In this document: positions 44,601 through 59,369 of the stretch, piece by piece
How the letters are laid out: every line of letters starts with the position of its first letter
How positions within the stretch are numbered: position 1 is the first letter of the stretch
DNA from: the human T2T-CHM13v2.0 reference genome, Homo sapiens
Assembly: GCF_009914755.1 (NCBI RefSeq)
Contig: NC_060933.1
Strand: one strand, 5' to 3'
Length of the DNA stretch: 64,000 nucleotides
The notes under the pieces: model-generated
Databases searched by the model: none
Seen by the model: the letters and a program-made list of their open reading frames with translations, nothing else
Told to the model about the DNA's origin: nothing
Program-made: the position numbers and the translations under genes

Positions 44601-46859
44601 TTTGGTTAATTAATCTTTCACTGGTGATCTAGTGCTGTCAGCGAGGCAATCTATGCAAACCACATCTCTAACTCCAGCCTGTTCTTCAGCCTTTGAAAAA
44701 CTGGGGGGATGGGTGGTGGTTAAATAACCAATCTACAAGCCACTTGCAAAACGAAAAGTTTCATTTCCCGTGCATAAGGTGCCAAGACCTTTCTTCAATA
44801 ACCCAGCAGTGTTTTATTTCTCAGCTGGTGGAATTTCAAATTAGTAGAGACTTCCGTGGTTTCTTACAGACCTCCTTGGTTACAGACGAAAGGACTCCAC
44901 ACCCACCCCCCATATTGTGGGTGTTTTTACTACTCCTTTTATTGCTAAGCTCGCACTTATATTCTTTTCACTTTCTTTTTGCACAATTTTTAAAAAAATT
45001 ATAAATTAGCACCTTCATTCCCTTCATGGTTGGCATCTGCTGTATTTCAAGTGAGAATGCATAAAATCCTCTTCTCATGAGACTATCATAATCAGAAAAA
45101 CACATAAGCAGAATGCTGACATACCAGCTCCTTCATTCTGCTTTTGTGATTCTATTTATGAAATATTTGACACATGCAATGAGGTGTTATTTATAAAAAT
45201 TTGCAGCATACTAAACAGTATATAATACTGTTTGTGGATACATATATACATGAGTAGTAAAAATATTAAAGCATGTTAGAAAATTATAAGCATCATCCTC
45301 AGTATTTGAGGGTATCTTCAATCTGAGATCATTTTACTAGCCAGATTGTAACACGCTTACACATACAGACACACACACTTACATGTACACACACATTTGC
45401 TCTCAATTTTGTTATATATATGAACAAAGCATTCTAGAGTTTTATTACCAGCCTAGACAATGTCTTAGAAGACTTTTAATTTTTCCTTTAAAATAAAAGG
45501 AAAGCAGAGCAAATGAGATGTGGTCAATGGGGGTGATGCCATATGACCTCACTTTTTGGGGGTGTTTGACTGCCTTCCAGTAGCTTGCCTCCTGGGTCCA
45601 TTTTTGAGGCAGGCTCTGGCTTGGCTCCAGGCCAGTGTGACAATCAAGGCCTGAGAAGTCTCTTCTTTCTGAGATAATTTCTCAGGTTTCTTTGTTTTAT
45701 TGGTGGATAGAAGGAGGGACCTCGAGAGGAAGGGAGTGGGGAGGAGGGGGATCAGGCGGAGATTTCTAAACTCAAACAGGAAGTCCGGCTGCTGTCCCAG
45801 CCTGTGAAACTGCGCTGGCTTCAGCAGGGCAGCCCATGCAGGATGGCTTAAAGTTAATCCATGGAGTCTGGGCCACTTTGGACTAATTCCTTTGAGAGTC
45901 TCCAAGCCTCCAAGGAGCATCTCTGACTCTGGCAGACCATCCAAGGTAGTTTTGAAGAAAAATAAACTCAGATAAAAAAGAAAAGAAAATATAAACTATC
46001 CGGTTAAAACGTGTGCCTTTAAACAGCTATGGGCCAGACACTAAAATGAGTTTACAAGATCCCAAGGAGACAATTAAGGAAAGCGAGAACAAGTGAAAAA
46101 TAAGATGCTCATTTCAGCATTGTAAAGAGCAGGAAGGAGGGAACATTATCAGAAAGACAGCCTTTAAGCCAGCACTGAGGGATAAAAGAGACCAGATGGC
46201 CCTCACCCCCAGGCCAGGCAGAGGACCCGCCCAGCCCCTACACACTGCGCCCTGTGAAATGCATGCGTGCAGCCCTCAGATCTGTCAGATTTATGCTTGC
46301 CTTTGCACCACTCCAAGAGGCGCACCAGTGCCGAACATCTTTGAAATTCTGTTGGATTCCAAGTGAAAAATCATTCTGCCTTCAAAGCTAAATGGAAGTT
46401 TGGTAGATGCATGTGCTTTTCCCTTAGGTTCAAAAGAGAAATTACTCTCCTCACCATCTTTATGCATTCATAGTTTCCTTTTTCAAGCAAAAAGGGAAAT
46501 TATGATGGGGAAGCATCCTGTAAAAGCAGAAGGTATTATACAATAACAGTACTGCTTCTTTATAGAAGCAAATTTTTCTACATTTTCTTTAGAACAGAAA
46601 TGTAGTTTGCTTTCATCCAATGCAGTATGTTTACTTCTCTTATTTTAAAAAAAATCTGTGGTTTTGATAGAGTGTCAGCATCATTATTTGCTCACATCTC
46701 ATTTTAAACATTTTGCAAATGTCTGAAATAATGTACATAAACCTTTCAATGAGTTAGTGCTAGATGCAGAAAGTACAGGAAATTGTCACATCCTAAGTCA
46801 CGTATTCCTGTGGAGGTTTTTTAGCGGACATGAGAATATGTCATAATGGGAAAAATAAA

Positions 46860-47520
46860 AAAAAATTATTGAACTGTGATTATGCATTAGGTAGGCCCTA
46901 GTGACACAGAAAATAGACAAAGATCTTACAATCCATGGTTCCTGCCCTCAAGGAGTTGATATCTAGTGGGAGGAGAGAAGAAGGTGGAGAGGGCAAGTAA
47001 ACAAATACCTGTGATTAATACCAAGTGACAGGTGCTATAACTGAGTTAAGTATCAAGTTTCACGGGTTACCTATGAAGGAGCAGTTATTTCCACAGAACT
47101 GTGACTGTATCAAGGAAACCTACACCTAGATGGTATTGGTGAGACAAGACAGGTGAGAGGATCCCAGAGAGAGGCAAGAAAGCCAAAGAGAGGTGGAAGT
47201 CTATGATGTTTTCTGGAAGCCGTAAGGAGTCCAGTATGGGTAGAGCATGGCGACTGGGAGTGGCAAGGAATGGCTAATGATGGAATGGAAGTGTGGGTTT
47301 GGAGTCAGAAGCAGTTCATCAAAGGCTTAGATTGCTGTACTAAGGAAGGTGGACCCCCAAGCCATGGTGAGGAGAATAAGCAGAGCTTAGAAAGAACAGC
47401 TTGGTCTTCAGATGTTGTGTTAAAAGGTCAAGCGAATTGAGATTTTTGGACTATGGAAGTATTAGGATGAACAAAATGCAGGGAGCGATAAAGTCACATT
47501 GGATCTGGAGAGAAAAAGTA
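46860..47520 (-). mobile_element. L2 fragment
   Basis: catggttcctgccctcaaggagttgatatctagtgggagg. Confidence 0.7.
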
Positions 47521-47579
47521 GATGGTAAACTTAACAACAAAGTTTAACTTAGTCAGAAGAGCACTTGGCTAAAATAGGA

Positions 47580-47800
47580 GATAATAGTAGCTAACTTTTA
47601 CTGTGTGCTATTATATTCAGATCCATGCTAATCCTTATTTAACCTTCAAGACTACCCTATAATTTAGGTACTATTATTATAGTTGTTTTACAGGTGAGGA
47701 AAATGAGGCAAGGAGAAATTTAGTGAATAGCCTAAGGTCACCAATTAGTATAAGGGGGAGCCAGGATTTGAACACAGGCTGTCCAACGTCCCCAAAACTC
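47580..47800 (-). mobile_element. MIR
   Basis: ttttacaggtgaggaaaatgaggc...cctaaggtcac...gagccaggatttgaacacagg. Confidence 0.85.
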
Positions 47801-49133
47801 TATGTATACTGTTCACAGAGAAGGAAACATGCTCTGTAAGGAAAAGAAATAAGATCATGTGTACATAAATTTTCAGGTTGCTGCAGGATATCAAGGTAGA
47901 GATTTCTAATAAATAGCTAAGAATATAGGTCTGGCACTCAGAGAAAGATGCACTCATTCAACAAATATTATTTCCTGAGCACTTATTTTGTACCTGATGC
48001 TGTTTCAGAGCTGGAGTTATAGCATCATCTAAATATTAATATTTATGGAGCACTCACATGTGAAACATATGTACATGAAATTTTGGTAAAGCAAAAATTT
48101 CCATCACACAGCTGAACACATACTCTCTAACTCAGAGATAGCTCCTTCTGCAAAACAAATAATTCATCCCTTAAGCACCTGTTTTTGCAATTTCAGAATT
48201 ACCCATACTGGATTTTCTTAAAGCAAAGCACCCTATAAACATGCAAACATTCAGTCAGGAGGAAAGAGTTCATTTTAATTTTACGAACCACTCAGCATGT
48301 GTGTTGGGCTTAGGAAATAATAAAATAAATATATCTCAGTCATTTGTGTTGATAGAATTTAATGAGAAGACTACAGTAATGACAAGTTACTCACAGGTCA
48401 ACAGAATGCAGATCTCCCTCAAGAAAAGAGGGAAAAAATTCAATCACAAAGTTCAAGATCATGGGAAGGAAGGGAGAAGCCCCTGACATTTGGCCTGCCC
48501 TGGTCTGTGGGCCTTGGAATCCTTCAGCAACTGCAGTTGTACTGTCTGCCTGTATAGCTAGGCACATGTATAGCCAGGCCCAGATGTAGCCTGACAGGAG
48601 CACCCATGAGGGTTCCTTGCATCTGCACCAGTCCCAACTGAAGCTGCCACCACCACCCTATCTCCACTGCCAACACCAATGCAACTACTGAGTGAGATTT
48701 GTTCTACCTTAACTATGCAGAGGAGATAGCACCAGGATCCCTATTTATTTCTGTGCTACATGACCATTATACAGTGTATTGCATTATTTTGAAGTGAGAC
48801 TCCTTTCACAGAAAAATAACATGTGAGACCACTTATATCTTGAGCTTAGATAGCACCTTCTGCTAAGTGCCTCTGCTTACTTTCAGATATTATCTCATGA
48901 AATCTTCACAGGTTTCTCTATTGGAAATATTTTTCAGCAGTGGCATAAAAGTCAGGGCATTTCTATGAATATATGCCCTAACTGAGGGCATTTCCTGACA
49001 TCTCCACCCACTAAAGAACCAACAGATTATTTTCTTTTCAAGCAAATCCCATGGTGCTATCATCCTTACGTAAGCATCAGCAGGCCCTCACCAAGAACTC
49101 CAAGCACATACGGTCCAGCCTTGCCTCTCCCAC

Positions 49134-49492
49134 TGCTGTGGTCTGAATGTGCATGTCCTCTCAAAATTCGTATGTTGAAATCCTCACCCCTAAGGTGATG
49201 GCATTAGGAGGTAGGGCCTTTGGGAGGTAATAAATTATGAGGGTGAAGCCCCCATGGATGAGACTAGTGCCCTTATAATAGAGAGTTGAGAACGACTCCT
49301 TACCGCTTCCAACATGTAAGATTAAAGTGAGAAGTCAATTGTCTACCAGGAAGCAGGCCCTCTCCAGACACCCAATCTGCCAGTGCCTTGATCTTAGACT
49401 TCTCTGTCTCCAAAACTGAGAAACAAATTTCTATTGTTGGTTAGCCAAAAGTCTATAGTATGGTGTTATGACAGCCCAAACAGAGTAAGATA
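49134..49492 (+). mobile_element. MLT1A0-like MaLR solo LTR
   Basis: tgctgtggtctgaatgt...caaaattcgtatgttgaaatcc...cagcccaaacagagtaaga. Confidence 0.88.
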
Positions 49493-49564
49493 CTTTGATA
49501 ATTTTCACAATCAACTGTTTTCCAGAGTTGGAGCCTTTTCAGGCGACCATCACAAAGAACCAAC

Positions 49565-49775
49565 AGGCCACATAGCATAACAGTTTAAGAGCATGAGTTT
49601 GAATTCAAACTTATTTACTGTGCAAACTTAGGAAAGGATTCTAACCTCTATGAGTCTTAGTTTCTTTAACTGTGAATTGGGAATAATAATAATACCTCCT
49701 GCTATGCTTATGAGAATTGAGTTATTACATACAAAGGGCTTAGAGCATATGGAATGCCCTCAATAAATATTCTTG
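49565..49775 (+). mobile_element. MIR
   Basis: tagcataacagtttaagagcatgagtttg...taacctctatgagtcttagtttc. Confidence 0.75.
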
Positions 49776-50113
49776 ATTATATCCACCTGTCTGTCCACAC
49801 ACGTGTAAAGCAAAGAGCATGAAAGTGGATGTCAGAAAATCCAGATTCCAGTGCCAGTTCTCCTGCTAAATAACCGTGTGTTCTTGTTAAACTCAATGCC
49901 TCTGAGATACAGTTTCTGATTCCTGAGTTGGAATGGATTATTCCAAACAGCTGACTTTTTGGGAGGCAGCTGCAGCTGGCACTGATAGTGAATGCAAGGA
50001 ACCCGTATGGGAGCTCCCACCAGATCTCCAACATGGATTTTATACATCAAGGATCTTTGTGCCTTGGCTCAAGGCCCTAACAGGTACTAAAGAAAGATTT
50101 CAAAAATAGAGCA

Positions 50114-50478
50114 CATCTTATTTGGTTCGGGCTGCTATCACAAATATGCCATAAGCTGAGTTGCTTAAGCAACAGAAATTTCTCACAGTTCTGGAGGTTG
50201 GGAATTCCAAAATCAAGGCGCCAACAGATCTAGTTTATGGTGAAGGCCCTTTTCCTGGTTTTTAGATGCCCATCTTCCTGCTGTGTCCTCACATGGAAGA
50301 GAGCAGATAAAAAGGGGCAGGCTCTCTTGTGTCTCTTTTATAAGGGCACTAATCCCGTTAATGAGGGCTCCACCCTCATGACCTGATTACCCACCAAAGG
50401 CTCCACCTCTGAATACCATCGCATTGGGGATTTAGACTTTACCATATGAATTTGGGGGGCCACATTCAGTCTACACCG
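50114..50478 (-). mobile_element. MLT1A-type MaLR solo LTR
   Basis: gggctgctatcacaaa...ctcacagttctggagg...ataagggcactaatccc...cacattcagtc. Confidence 0.88.
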
Positions 50479-50839
50479 AGCATTTCTCCAACGCTGCCTC
50501 ACAAATAGAATTCTAAGGATTCATTTTTCATCTTATCAGGAACAGAGTAACTATCCAACTGCAAATCCTGACAATGTACAACTATATTGTTAGCATTTAC
50601 TTCTCCGGGGCACCCACATGGCAGACCTCCTACAGGGCACTTAAGGACAATAAGAGAGTCTCTAAATAGTTGTTTCCTCCAGAGATATATTCATGGTTCT
50701 TCCTGGTCCTGGTCTCCCTTTCTCCCCCTAGAAGTTGCTGAATGTAGACCACAGCCTGCACAGGCCAGGGAGCCCAGTGGACACAGCAGAGGCTCAGGCT
50801 GGCCAAACTTATTCTCAAGACAAAGACGATGAAGTAAAG

Positions 50840-51663
<824 letters not shown>

Positions 51664-52119
51664 TTACACATAGACTCATCTGTATAGATTCTCCTCCTGG
51701 TTTCATATTCAAATAAAAGAAAATATGTACAATTTCCAAAGTAACTCAGAATCTAAAACAGAAAATTTACATTTATAAATTGTCTTGGGGAGGAACTAAT
51801 TTTCAATTTTTGCTAAATAATGAGCAGAGAAGGATTTTAAACCAAGTCAATACATGAGAACAACAATAGCAAGACCTGTTATGATTATCCCAGTCTTTCT
51901 ATGCATAGTATCATACTTAATTCCCATAGCAGCTCTGTAATGTAGATAGGGAAAGGATCACCAAGCCCACTTAGCAGGTGAGGAAACTTGAGACTAGAAT
52001 AATAAATCATCCTGCTCATGCTAGGCTATGGTAGAACCAGAATTAGAACTCAGATGGCCTGGCCCACTGTTTCTCCAAAATCATTCTGGAAGTCCTACAG
52101 GTCTTCTCCTCAAAATGTT

Positions 52120-52297
52120 TAGTGGGTGACCTTTAGACTGCAGATGACAATGAGCCCCCATCTGGTGTTCATGGCAGACATCACCAATCAACAGCTCTTT
52201 CCTAATGAGCCCCGGAGTCTTCTTTAATAGATCCCTTCAGGAGCCATAACCACTTGATCATATCTGGCAAGTGAAATGAAATCTCTCTGTTGCTCAG
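52120..52297 (-). mobile_element. MER117-like hAT-Charlie MITE
   Basis: catggcagacatcaccaatc...tgagcccgg...ggcaagtgaaatgaaatc. Confidence 0.55.
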
Positions 52298-52309
52298 ACA
52301 CTAGACCTT

Positions 52310-52636
52310 GAAGAATGAAAACTCAAATCTTTATAGCAGGGTCCAGGCTGGTTATGGATATAAATAAAAGAGTGGGAATGTCAGTACCCATGCACGCCTC
52401 ATGTGAGTGTGCTGAACACAAGAGCCTATGTCATGGATTAAGGAACAGCCAATTCACCTCCAGCTAACGTTTTACTATGTTGAAGTGAAAGCTCAACATT
52501 GTTATATCTTAATTTAAAAAAAAGAAAGAGAAATCTAAAATCTACATGGTATCCAAAATTTCCCAATTATTTAATACTATGTAGCCTAAACAGAATGACT
52601 ATATGGGTCACATACACCATCAGTTTGCAACCTTAA
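52310..52636. mobile_element. MER102-like hAT-Charlie element
   Basis: aaactcaaatc...ccaggctggtta start and cagtttgcaacct end. Confidence 0.5.
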
Positions 52637-53418
52637 CTATAAACCAAGTCTAGTGATCCTTCCCATTCTCTGAATTCTGAGCATCCCTGTAAGCTTGACA
52701 GCCTGATTCCTCGAAGCGCACTTCTCACCTCGATTAATTAGATCACTGAGATGCATTTAGATGAGCTACTCAAAATATGCAAGGCGCCAGCTGGCTCCAG
52801 TGTTCGCTTCCTCCAGACAGAGGGGTCAGATTTAGTCTCTGCTGGACTCAGCCCATAGAGAAGAAGGCAGTGAAAAAGGAAAAGCACATCTTCCTTTATA
52901 TGACGAGGAAAGCCAGCAAAAGACACAACCAACCTTTGGGAAAATCTTGAAGCCTACATTTGTCTCTGAGAATTTTCTCTCTACTTCTCTACTACTTTCT
53001 CCTCCCAAGCCTCTCATACTCTTAGGTGTTTCCTCTCAGCAAGGTCCCCCAGGTTTGTCCCCACCCACCCTTATCCCCTTCTTAGTATCCTTTATAGAAG
53101 CAGAATGAGTCTAGCAAATTCCTTCATGAGCTTTCTCATCCTCTTTGCAAACATTTCAAACGAGTAAACTCAGATTAAAGCTATGCTAACACCAAGGAAA
53201 AAAATGACCAAAATAATAGTCATAACTTTCTCTAAGTAGGGAGGCTATGTACAATTTGCATTTTCTTCATTAAACTTTTCCATGTTTGCTCAATCTACTG
53301 ACATTAACAATCATCACTTTTTAATAGGGAGGATGGGAGCTATTTTTTCACAAAGAGAAAGCGTTAATAAGATAAAGTAAGTATCAGGAATTACGTAATA
53401 AACTGGTCAAGTTACATG

Positions 53419-53902
53419 GTATATCAGTTAAGATACCTTTAGCTGCAGCAATTTTTAAAAATCTTCTCCAATTGATTCAAACAAAAAAATATTTCTTTGA
53501 AACCAGAGATTTACAAGTAAACCTCTCCTAAGATGGTTCCAGGGATGGGTGATTCAACAGCTCAATGATTCTCCAAGATCCCTCTGTCACCCACAACATA
53601 TCAGTTGTAAGAGTCAGCTTCCCTCATGGACTCAAGATGCTGCTGCAGTTCCAGGTATTATAGCCATGCTCCACAATGTCCAGAGGTAGAACGGGATTGG
53701 CCTGCCTCTGTATCCTTACTGAAACACGACATCTTTCCCAGAAGCTTAAGCCAGACTTTGCCACATGCTTCACTGGCCAGGACTTGGGTCACCTGCCCAT
53801 TCCTAGACCAATCACTGTCAAAGGGAATGGGATCTCCATGAATAACATGAGAGAATTATTTCAGTTGGAACAGATGTTGGGAGGCCAGCCACAAAGACTA
53901 CA
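53419..53902 (-). mobile_element. MLT1J-like old MaLR LTR
   Basis: caagatgctgctgcagttccagg...cactggccaggacttgggtcacctgcccattcctagaccaatcactg. Confidence 0.7.
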
Positions 53903-55305
53903 AGACAATGTGTTCACATTATGAATGAAAGTAGACTGCTATGGACAATGAGAAGATCATTATAAAGCTCATTTTGAAGGGCTCGGAGTCCACAAATATT
54001 CCATCCAAAGGGTATGTCTGGAAAGGCATATGAGTTTTATTCCTAATATTGCCTTGGATTTATGTAGCAATTAATAGTTTGTATTGTACTTTCTGACAAA
54101 CTTCCCCAATGATATTTCATGTATTTGGGGATGACACTGTAATTATTATCCCATTTCACAGAAAAGGAACCAGCTGAGCACTGTGTCTGGTGTCTCATGG
54201 CTAGCAAGAGATAGAGGTGGGACAGGATGCCATGCTTTTTGACACTTAGTTCACTAGTCTTTCTACTACACCACGTGACTTTCACTATAAAAATGCTCAA
54301 CAGGGATAGAGCACTTGTTTCCAAAGTACACACACATCATGATCTCACTTGATTCCCAAAACAACATTATGAAACATTAGGCAAGGTGGAGTTGTCTTCA
54401 TTTACAGATAGGGATATTGAGGTTCAAGCAGGCTGATGGTAAGAAACTCAGGTTTGGATGAATTGAACTGGTTTTATTTGTTTTGCTTTTTACTACCAAT
54501 TGGCAGTTGTTGTTGTTGTCTTTTCCCCTTGCTCCTTCTCAACACCTGATCCTAAATCAGCAAGCATGTCTCCAAAAAACATGGGATCCCCACTCCAAAT
54601 TTTCATACTCTAGGACCCCTTCTGGTACCAGACTCTATTCCTGTCTGTTATGCCTAACTAAGTAGCTGGTGCTTCCTTATGAGCTCCTGACATCGCCCCT
54701 TTCATTGTTGCCTCAGGCTTCTCTGACCTTCCAATGGGATCATTAGTTAATCTCATCAACTAATTTGCTAAAGAAAGACTCCAGGCTCTTCCTTTCTAGG
54801 GAAGAATAGCAATGGCCTGTTAGAAACAAGGCACCCACTTTTGTTGCCTATCCCAAGGCAATTACCCCTATAGTGGGAATTTTAGGATAGGCTAGAGGGA
54901 AGTCTTGACTGTTAGATAGTTAGGAGCCTGGTCTCTTAACTATTCTAAAGCAGGGCAAAGAAAATATTATGATGCAGTAGAAAGAGCACTGACCTGGGAG
55001 AAGACATGCCTGCTATATGATCTTAGTATCTAAGCTCCCATTTACAAAATATGAATATTAGCTCCAGCCCAGCATACTTTCCAGAGTTTTTACAAGACTT
55101 TATCAAAGCATTCATGAATGCACTTTGAGCTCAACAGATGTGTAGTTATTTTATTAAACAGTTGCATCTAGGTGAGTGGATACCTTGTAATTTGGCATTA
55201 CTTCAATAACAATTGTTTGTACCATCTTACTTCCAAGTGTAACAGGTAGATAAAAGGAGAGAGACCAAATCTCACTATTGTTTATCCAAGGCCAATGATC
55301 CAGGG

Positions 55306-55488
55306 CAGGGTTCTCAACCTTGGCTCCGCACTGGGATCATCTTGAGATTTTTATAAAATGTGATGTCCAGACCCTACTCTGAACCAGTTAATTCAGAATC
55401 TAATCTCTGGGGAAGTGGGGCCCAGGCATCAGTACTTTTTATTAGCTCGCCAGGTGATTCTCTGTGCAGCCAGGGTTGTGAACTGCTG
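55306..55488. mobile_element. MER5 (A/B) hAT-Charlie MITE
   Basis: cagggttctcaaccttggc...ccaggtgattct...cagccagggttgtgaactgctg. Confidence 0.85.
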
Positions 55489-56521
55489 CACGTGAGTGAT
55501 CCAGTAGCAGAGAGATTAACTGGATTCTTTTTCTTTCAGTCATGCAACCACACTTGGAGGACAGAGTGACACAGTCAGTTCACGGGGGGTCAGAGCATCC
55601 TTGGTTCTCTTTCTTGGCACTGGGTCAGGTGTATGTCATGACCCGTTCTGGGCACCGCAATTACTTCTTAGAACCACTGGATGCTTCATACCAAATGCTT
55701 TACAAATGTGGCTTGGGGTTGGTAAAGGAGGACCAATGAGGGAGAATGGTGTGGAAGAGAGGGAATATGAGGTTGAAATAAAGAGATAAAAGCAAAGAGA
55801 GAGACAAAGACAGGCAGGGAGTGGGGTGCAGAGAAGCAGAAGCAGAAAATAAAACTGCTGATAGTAGCTTTCAGAATTCAGACCTGCTTTCAAACCATAT
55901 GGCAGAGATATTAGCTTGTCTGTAATTACTACAACATTCTCAATTGCAGAATGACTTTCATTAAAACCCATGGATTGAGGCACTTGGAATTTGTGAATAA
56001 TTCTTACTTTGAGCTCTGGCTCTATTATGCCTCTGTTTGGAGTTGATGTTTCTTAGGGAGGGTGAGACTCCACTTGTTCATCAAGCTGCTATTTTAGAAA
56101 TAATGCCATCAAAATCAATTTAATGAGCATTTGTTTAGCACCCACTGTGTGCCAGGCTCTGTGCTAGGAGCTGGGTACTGGGAATAGATATCCCTTGGCT
56201 ACATCCATTCAACAAATGTGTTCAATAGCAACACATGCCAGGCACTGTGTGGGGTGATGCAGGGGCAGGATATCCCTAGCAGACTGATAAGAATACAGGC
56301 AATTACTTGTGGTAGAGTCACTGTATGTAACAAGTTGTACCTCTATTAATCTGCTTCAGGTGGTGAAGGGAGGAGAAGGGTAACTGCATTCATCTTTGAC
56401 CAGGAGGGTACCTAGACTAAGTCCATAGTGACCACCACTTAGTGGCCCATGAAAAAGGCAGAAGTGACAACTTCTAGTTTCATGACACAATCAGATTCCA
56501 AGCAGGTTCCTGGATGGGGGC

Positions 56522-56882
56522 TGTATTAGTCCATTCTCACAATTCTAATAAAGAAATACCCAAGACTGGATGATTTATAAAGAAAAAGAGGTTTAACTGA
56601 CGCACAATTACACATGGCTGGGGAGGCCTCACAGTCCTGGCGGAATGTGAAGGAGGAGCAAAGATACATCTTACATGGCAGCAGGCAAGAGGCATGTGTG
56701 TGGAAAATCCCCTTTATAAAACCATGAGATCTCCTGAAACCTATTCACCATCATGAGAACAGCACAGGAAAAATCCACCCCCATGATTCAATTACCTCCT
56801 ACAAGGTCCTTCCCATTACACATGGAGATTATTACAATTCAAGGTGAGATTTGGGTTGGGAACACAGAGCCAAACTATATCA
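56522..56882 (-). mobile_element. THE1B/C-like MaLR solo LTR
   Basis: tgtattagtccattctcac...ggggaggcctcacag...gagccaaactatatca. Confidence 0.9.
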
Positions 56883-56984
56883 TGAGTTGTTATTCTACCT
56901 CTCTGGAATGAAATGTGACCAAAGTTCAGGGTTTAGCGTGTCTAATATCTACGCCATCATCCTTAATCACTTACCACTTAGCTG

Positions 56985-57129
56985 AGAGATGACAAATGGT
57001 TTCATTTTACACATTATCTTTGATGCACTGGTAATGACTGCCTAGAGTACTGCTAATAAGATTTCTGGGCTCAGTGAGATAAAAAGTTTTGCCATGGGGT
57101 GGCATTAAACAGTGTAGTTTCCAGCCCTG
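56985..57129 (+). mobile_element. MER117-like MITE
   Basis: agagatgacaaatggtttcat...ggtaatgactgcctagag...tttccagccctg. Confidence 0.5.
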
Positions 57130-57144
57130 ATTTTGCCCAATCTC

Positions 57145-57614
57145 CTTTGTTCTAGTGCTGTATTGTTCCACAATAAGCTACCCCCAAGTTAGCGGCTTAA
57201 AACACCAGTTCTTAGTTTTCCTTGTGAATCTGCAGTTTGGGAAGAACTCACACAGGACATAGCTCATATCTGTATACATGGCATCATCTGGAGCAGCTCA
57301 TCTGAGGCAGGAGGATCCACTTCCAAGTTGATTCACTCACATTGTCTGAGAGCTCAGGTGTAGCTGTCAGCGAGGGCCTCAGTTCCTTTCCACACGAGTC
57401 TATCTAAGAGGCTGCTTGGATTTCCTCACAGTATGGAGAGTGGAAACTAAGAAACAGCAAGTGGAAGTTGCTTAGATCTTTAGAGTTGGTCCTAGAAAAT
57501 GGCCCGACATCACTTTTGTCATATTCTACTGATCAATGCAGTCATAGAACACATTCAGGTTAAAAGGAATAGAAAGTGTGTCAAAGAATTCATGGTCATA
57601 CTTAATCTGCCACA
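57145..57614 (-). mobile_element. MLT1H-like old MaLR LTR
   Basis: ttagcggcttaaaaca...gaatctgcagtttggg...ggatccacttccaag...ttaatctgccaca. Confidence 0.75.
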
Positions 57615-57663
57615 TCATTCTTCCATTTTGTGAAGCAAGTTGAGCCCAGCTCCGATTGTTTAT

Positions 57664-58019
57664 TGTCTTAGTCCACTTGTGCTGCTATGGCAGAATACTA
57701 CAGACCGGGTAACTGATAATGAACAGAAATTTATCTGCTCACAGTTCTGGAGGCTGGAAAACCCAAGATCAAGGGTCTGGCATCTGGTGAGGCCATTCTT
57801 TATATATAATCCCATGGTAGAAGGGCAGAGAGTGAGAGAGAGCAAGAGGATTCTGAACTCATCCTTTCATATCAAACCCATTCCTGTGATAACAGTATTA
57901 ATTATTTCACTGCCCTCATGGCCTGATCATCTCTCATTAGGCCCCACCTCCCAACACTGTTGCCTTGGGGATTAAGCTTCCAAAGCATGCCTTTGGGGAG
58001 ACACGTTTAAACCATAGTA
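57664..58019 (-). mobile_element. MST (C/D-like) MaLR solo LTR
   Basis: tgtcttagtccacttgtgctgctat...ggccccacctcccaacactgttgccttggggattaag. Confidence 0.85.
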
Positions 58020-58702
58020 TTTGCTAGGGTAGTTCATAATGAAAAGCATAAGGGAAGCTGAAGACTAATGGCTTGAAAATAAAATGGTGTAGAGTGTGAG
58101 ACCTCTAGTTGCAACCAGCTCCGCTCTGATGTGTCCTTCCTGCTAAGCCTCTGCTCTTCTGGGAATACTCAAGAACTCCAAAGGCTACACAATGAAGGCA
58201 GACAGTCCTGCCAAGACTTTGCCAATCATTTCAGGAAGTAGAGTGTCTGGGCCTGCACTTCACAATTTTTTTTTCCTCTCTCAGTTACCAACTGGGGCTT
58301 GCACTTTCTATGTTGTGTTTCCTGCCCTACTGCTACCTCTTGGGTAACTGTCCCAAGGGTTCTCTTCTTCACCTTTCTAATCCTTACATGCTCTGCCATC
58401 AAGCATTATAAATGCTGTGGGATTCCTAATCCAACTGTGCAGTTCTTAGGTTCAGGGGAGAGGTTGGGATCAGATTTTCTAGAGCCGTGCATTCAGTGAG
58501 GGCTTTCTGATACCCTGGAGATGATTCATCTACCATACCTAGACAGTAGAAGCAACCTCTGGAGGTAATGAGTTGCAAGCAAACTTGTAGTTCTTTTTAC
58601 TCTTTTTATTTGCTCCTGCCATGCCCATTGAGCATGAAATAGTCCCCAAGGGTAGAAAGAAAGGAAACCAAAAAGAAAAAAACAATAATAAAACTCCAGC
58701 AT

Positions 58703-58704
<2 letters not shown>

Positions 58705-58734
<30 letters not shown>
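58705..58734. repeat. (AC)15 microsatellite
   Basis: Perfect run. Confidence 0.96.
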
Positions 58735-58738
<4 letters not shown>

Positions 58739-59369
58739 CTAAAGTGAATGAGCATGCAGAGCCAGTATTATTCTCTTTGCACAATTAAAAGATTCTTGTA
58801 TTTGCCTTTGGTTACTGAAAGCTTAATCATTTCAGAGAATCAGAGACTTCAGCACTTTCAGCTCGTGTAAATGAGAGGCACTATCAATCTGTTTTTAAAT
58901 TGGTTGTGGGTCTTCTGAGGTCTACTATTTCAGCTTATACCCAATGCCTAGAAATTTTCCAAAGTCCCTTGTTCAGCAGTATACACAGCCAGACTGGTTT
59001 GATCCCAATTGCAATTAGTGATAAATACATCATAAGATTAAAAAATATTTTTTAAGGCTTAGAGATTTAGGAACAAATACACTCCAAAAAACAAGAGAAA
59101 CACTCAATCTCTAGAAACATCAAGGTCCTGAGTTAAAATCTACCTCTTTATAGTTTTCAGTCAAATTGTAAGTCCTGGTGCCCTTTTTTTTCTATAGTTG
59201 ACTTAATTCTGTATCTGTGGTCCCAATCCTTCTGATCATACCAGATTCATTAGTACTGCAGAAAGGAAAAGGCACTGGTGTTAGGATTAAGCTCCTGCCT
59301 TAAACTAGTGGCGTGTCATTGGGCCTCTGGAAAGAAGCATGTTTATAAGTACAGAAAGAGAGGTGATTT

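Noticed and set aside
45549-45944. 131-aa minus-strand ORF
   Set aside because: TTG start, no domain similarity or exon structure I can support
49134-50478. Two MLT1A LTRs as the ends of one provirus
   Set aside because: Opposite orientations, MIRs between them and no internal sequence; independent solo LTRs (same for the MST pair at 61502-63412)
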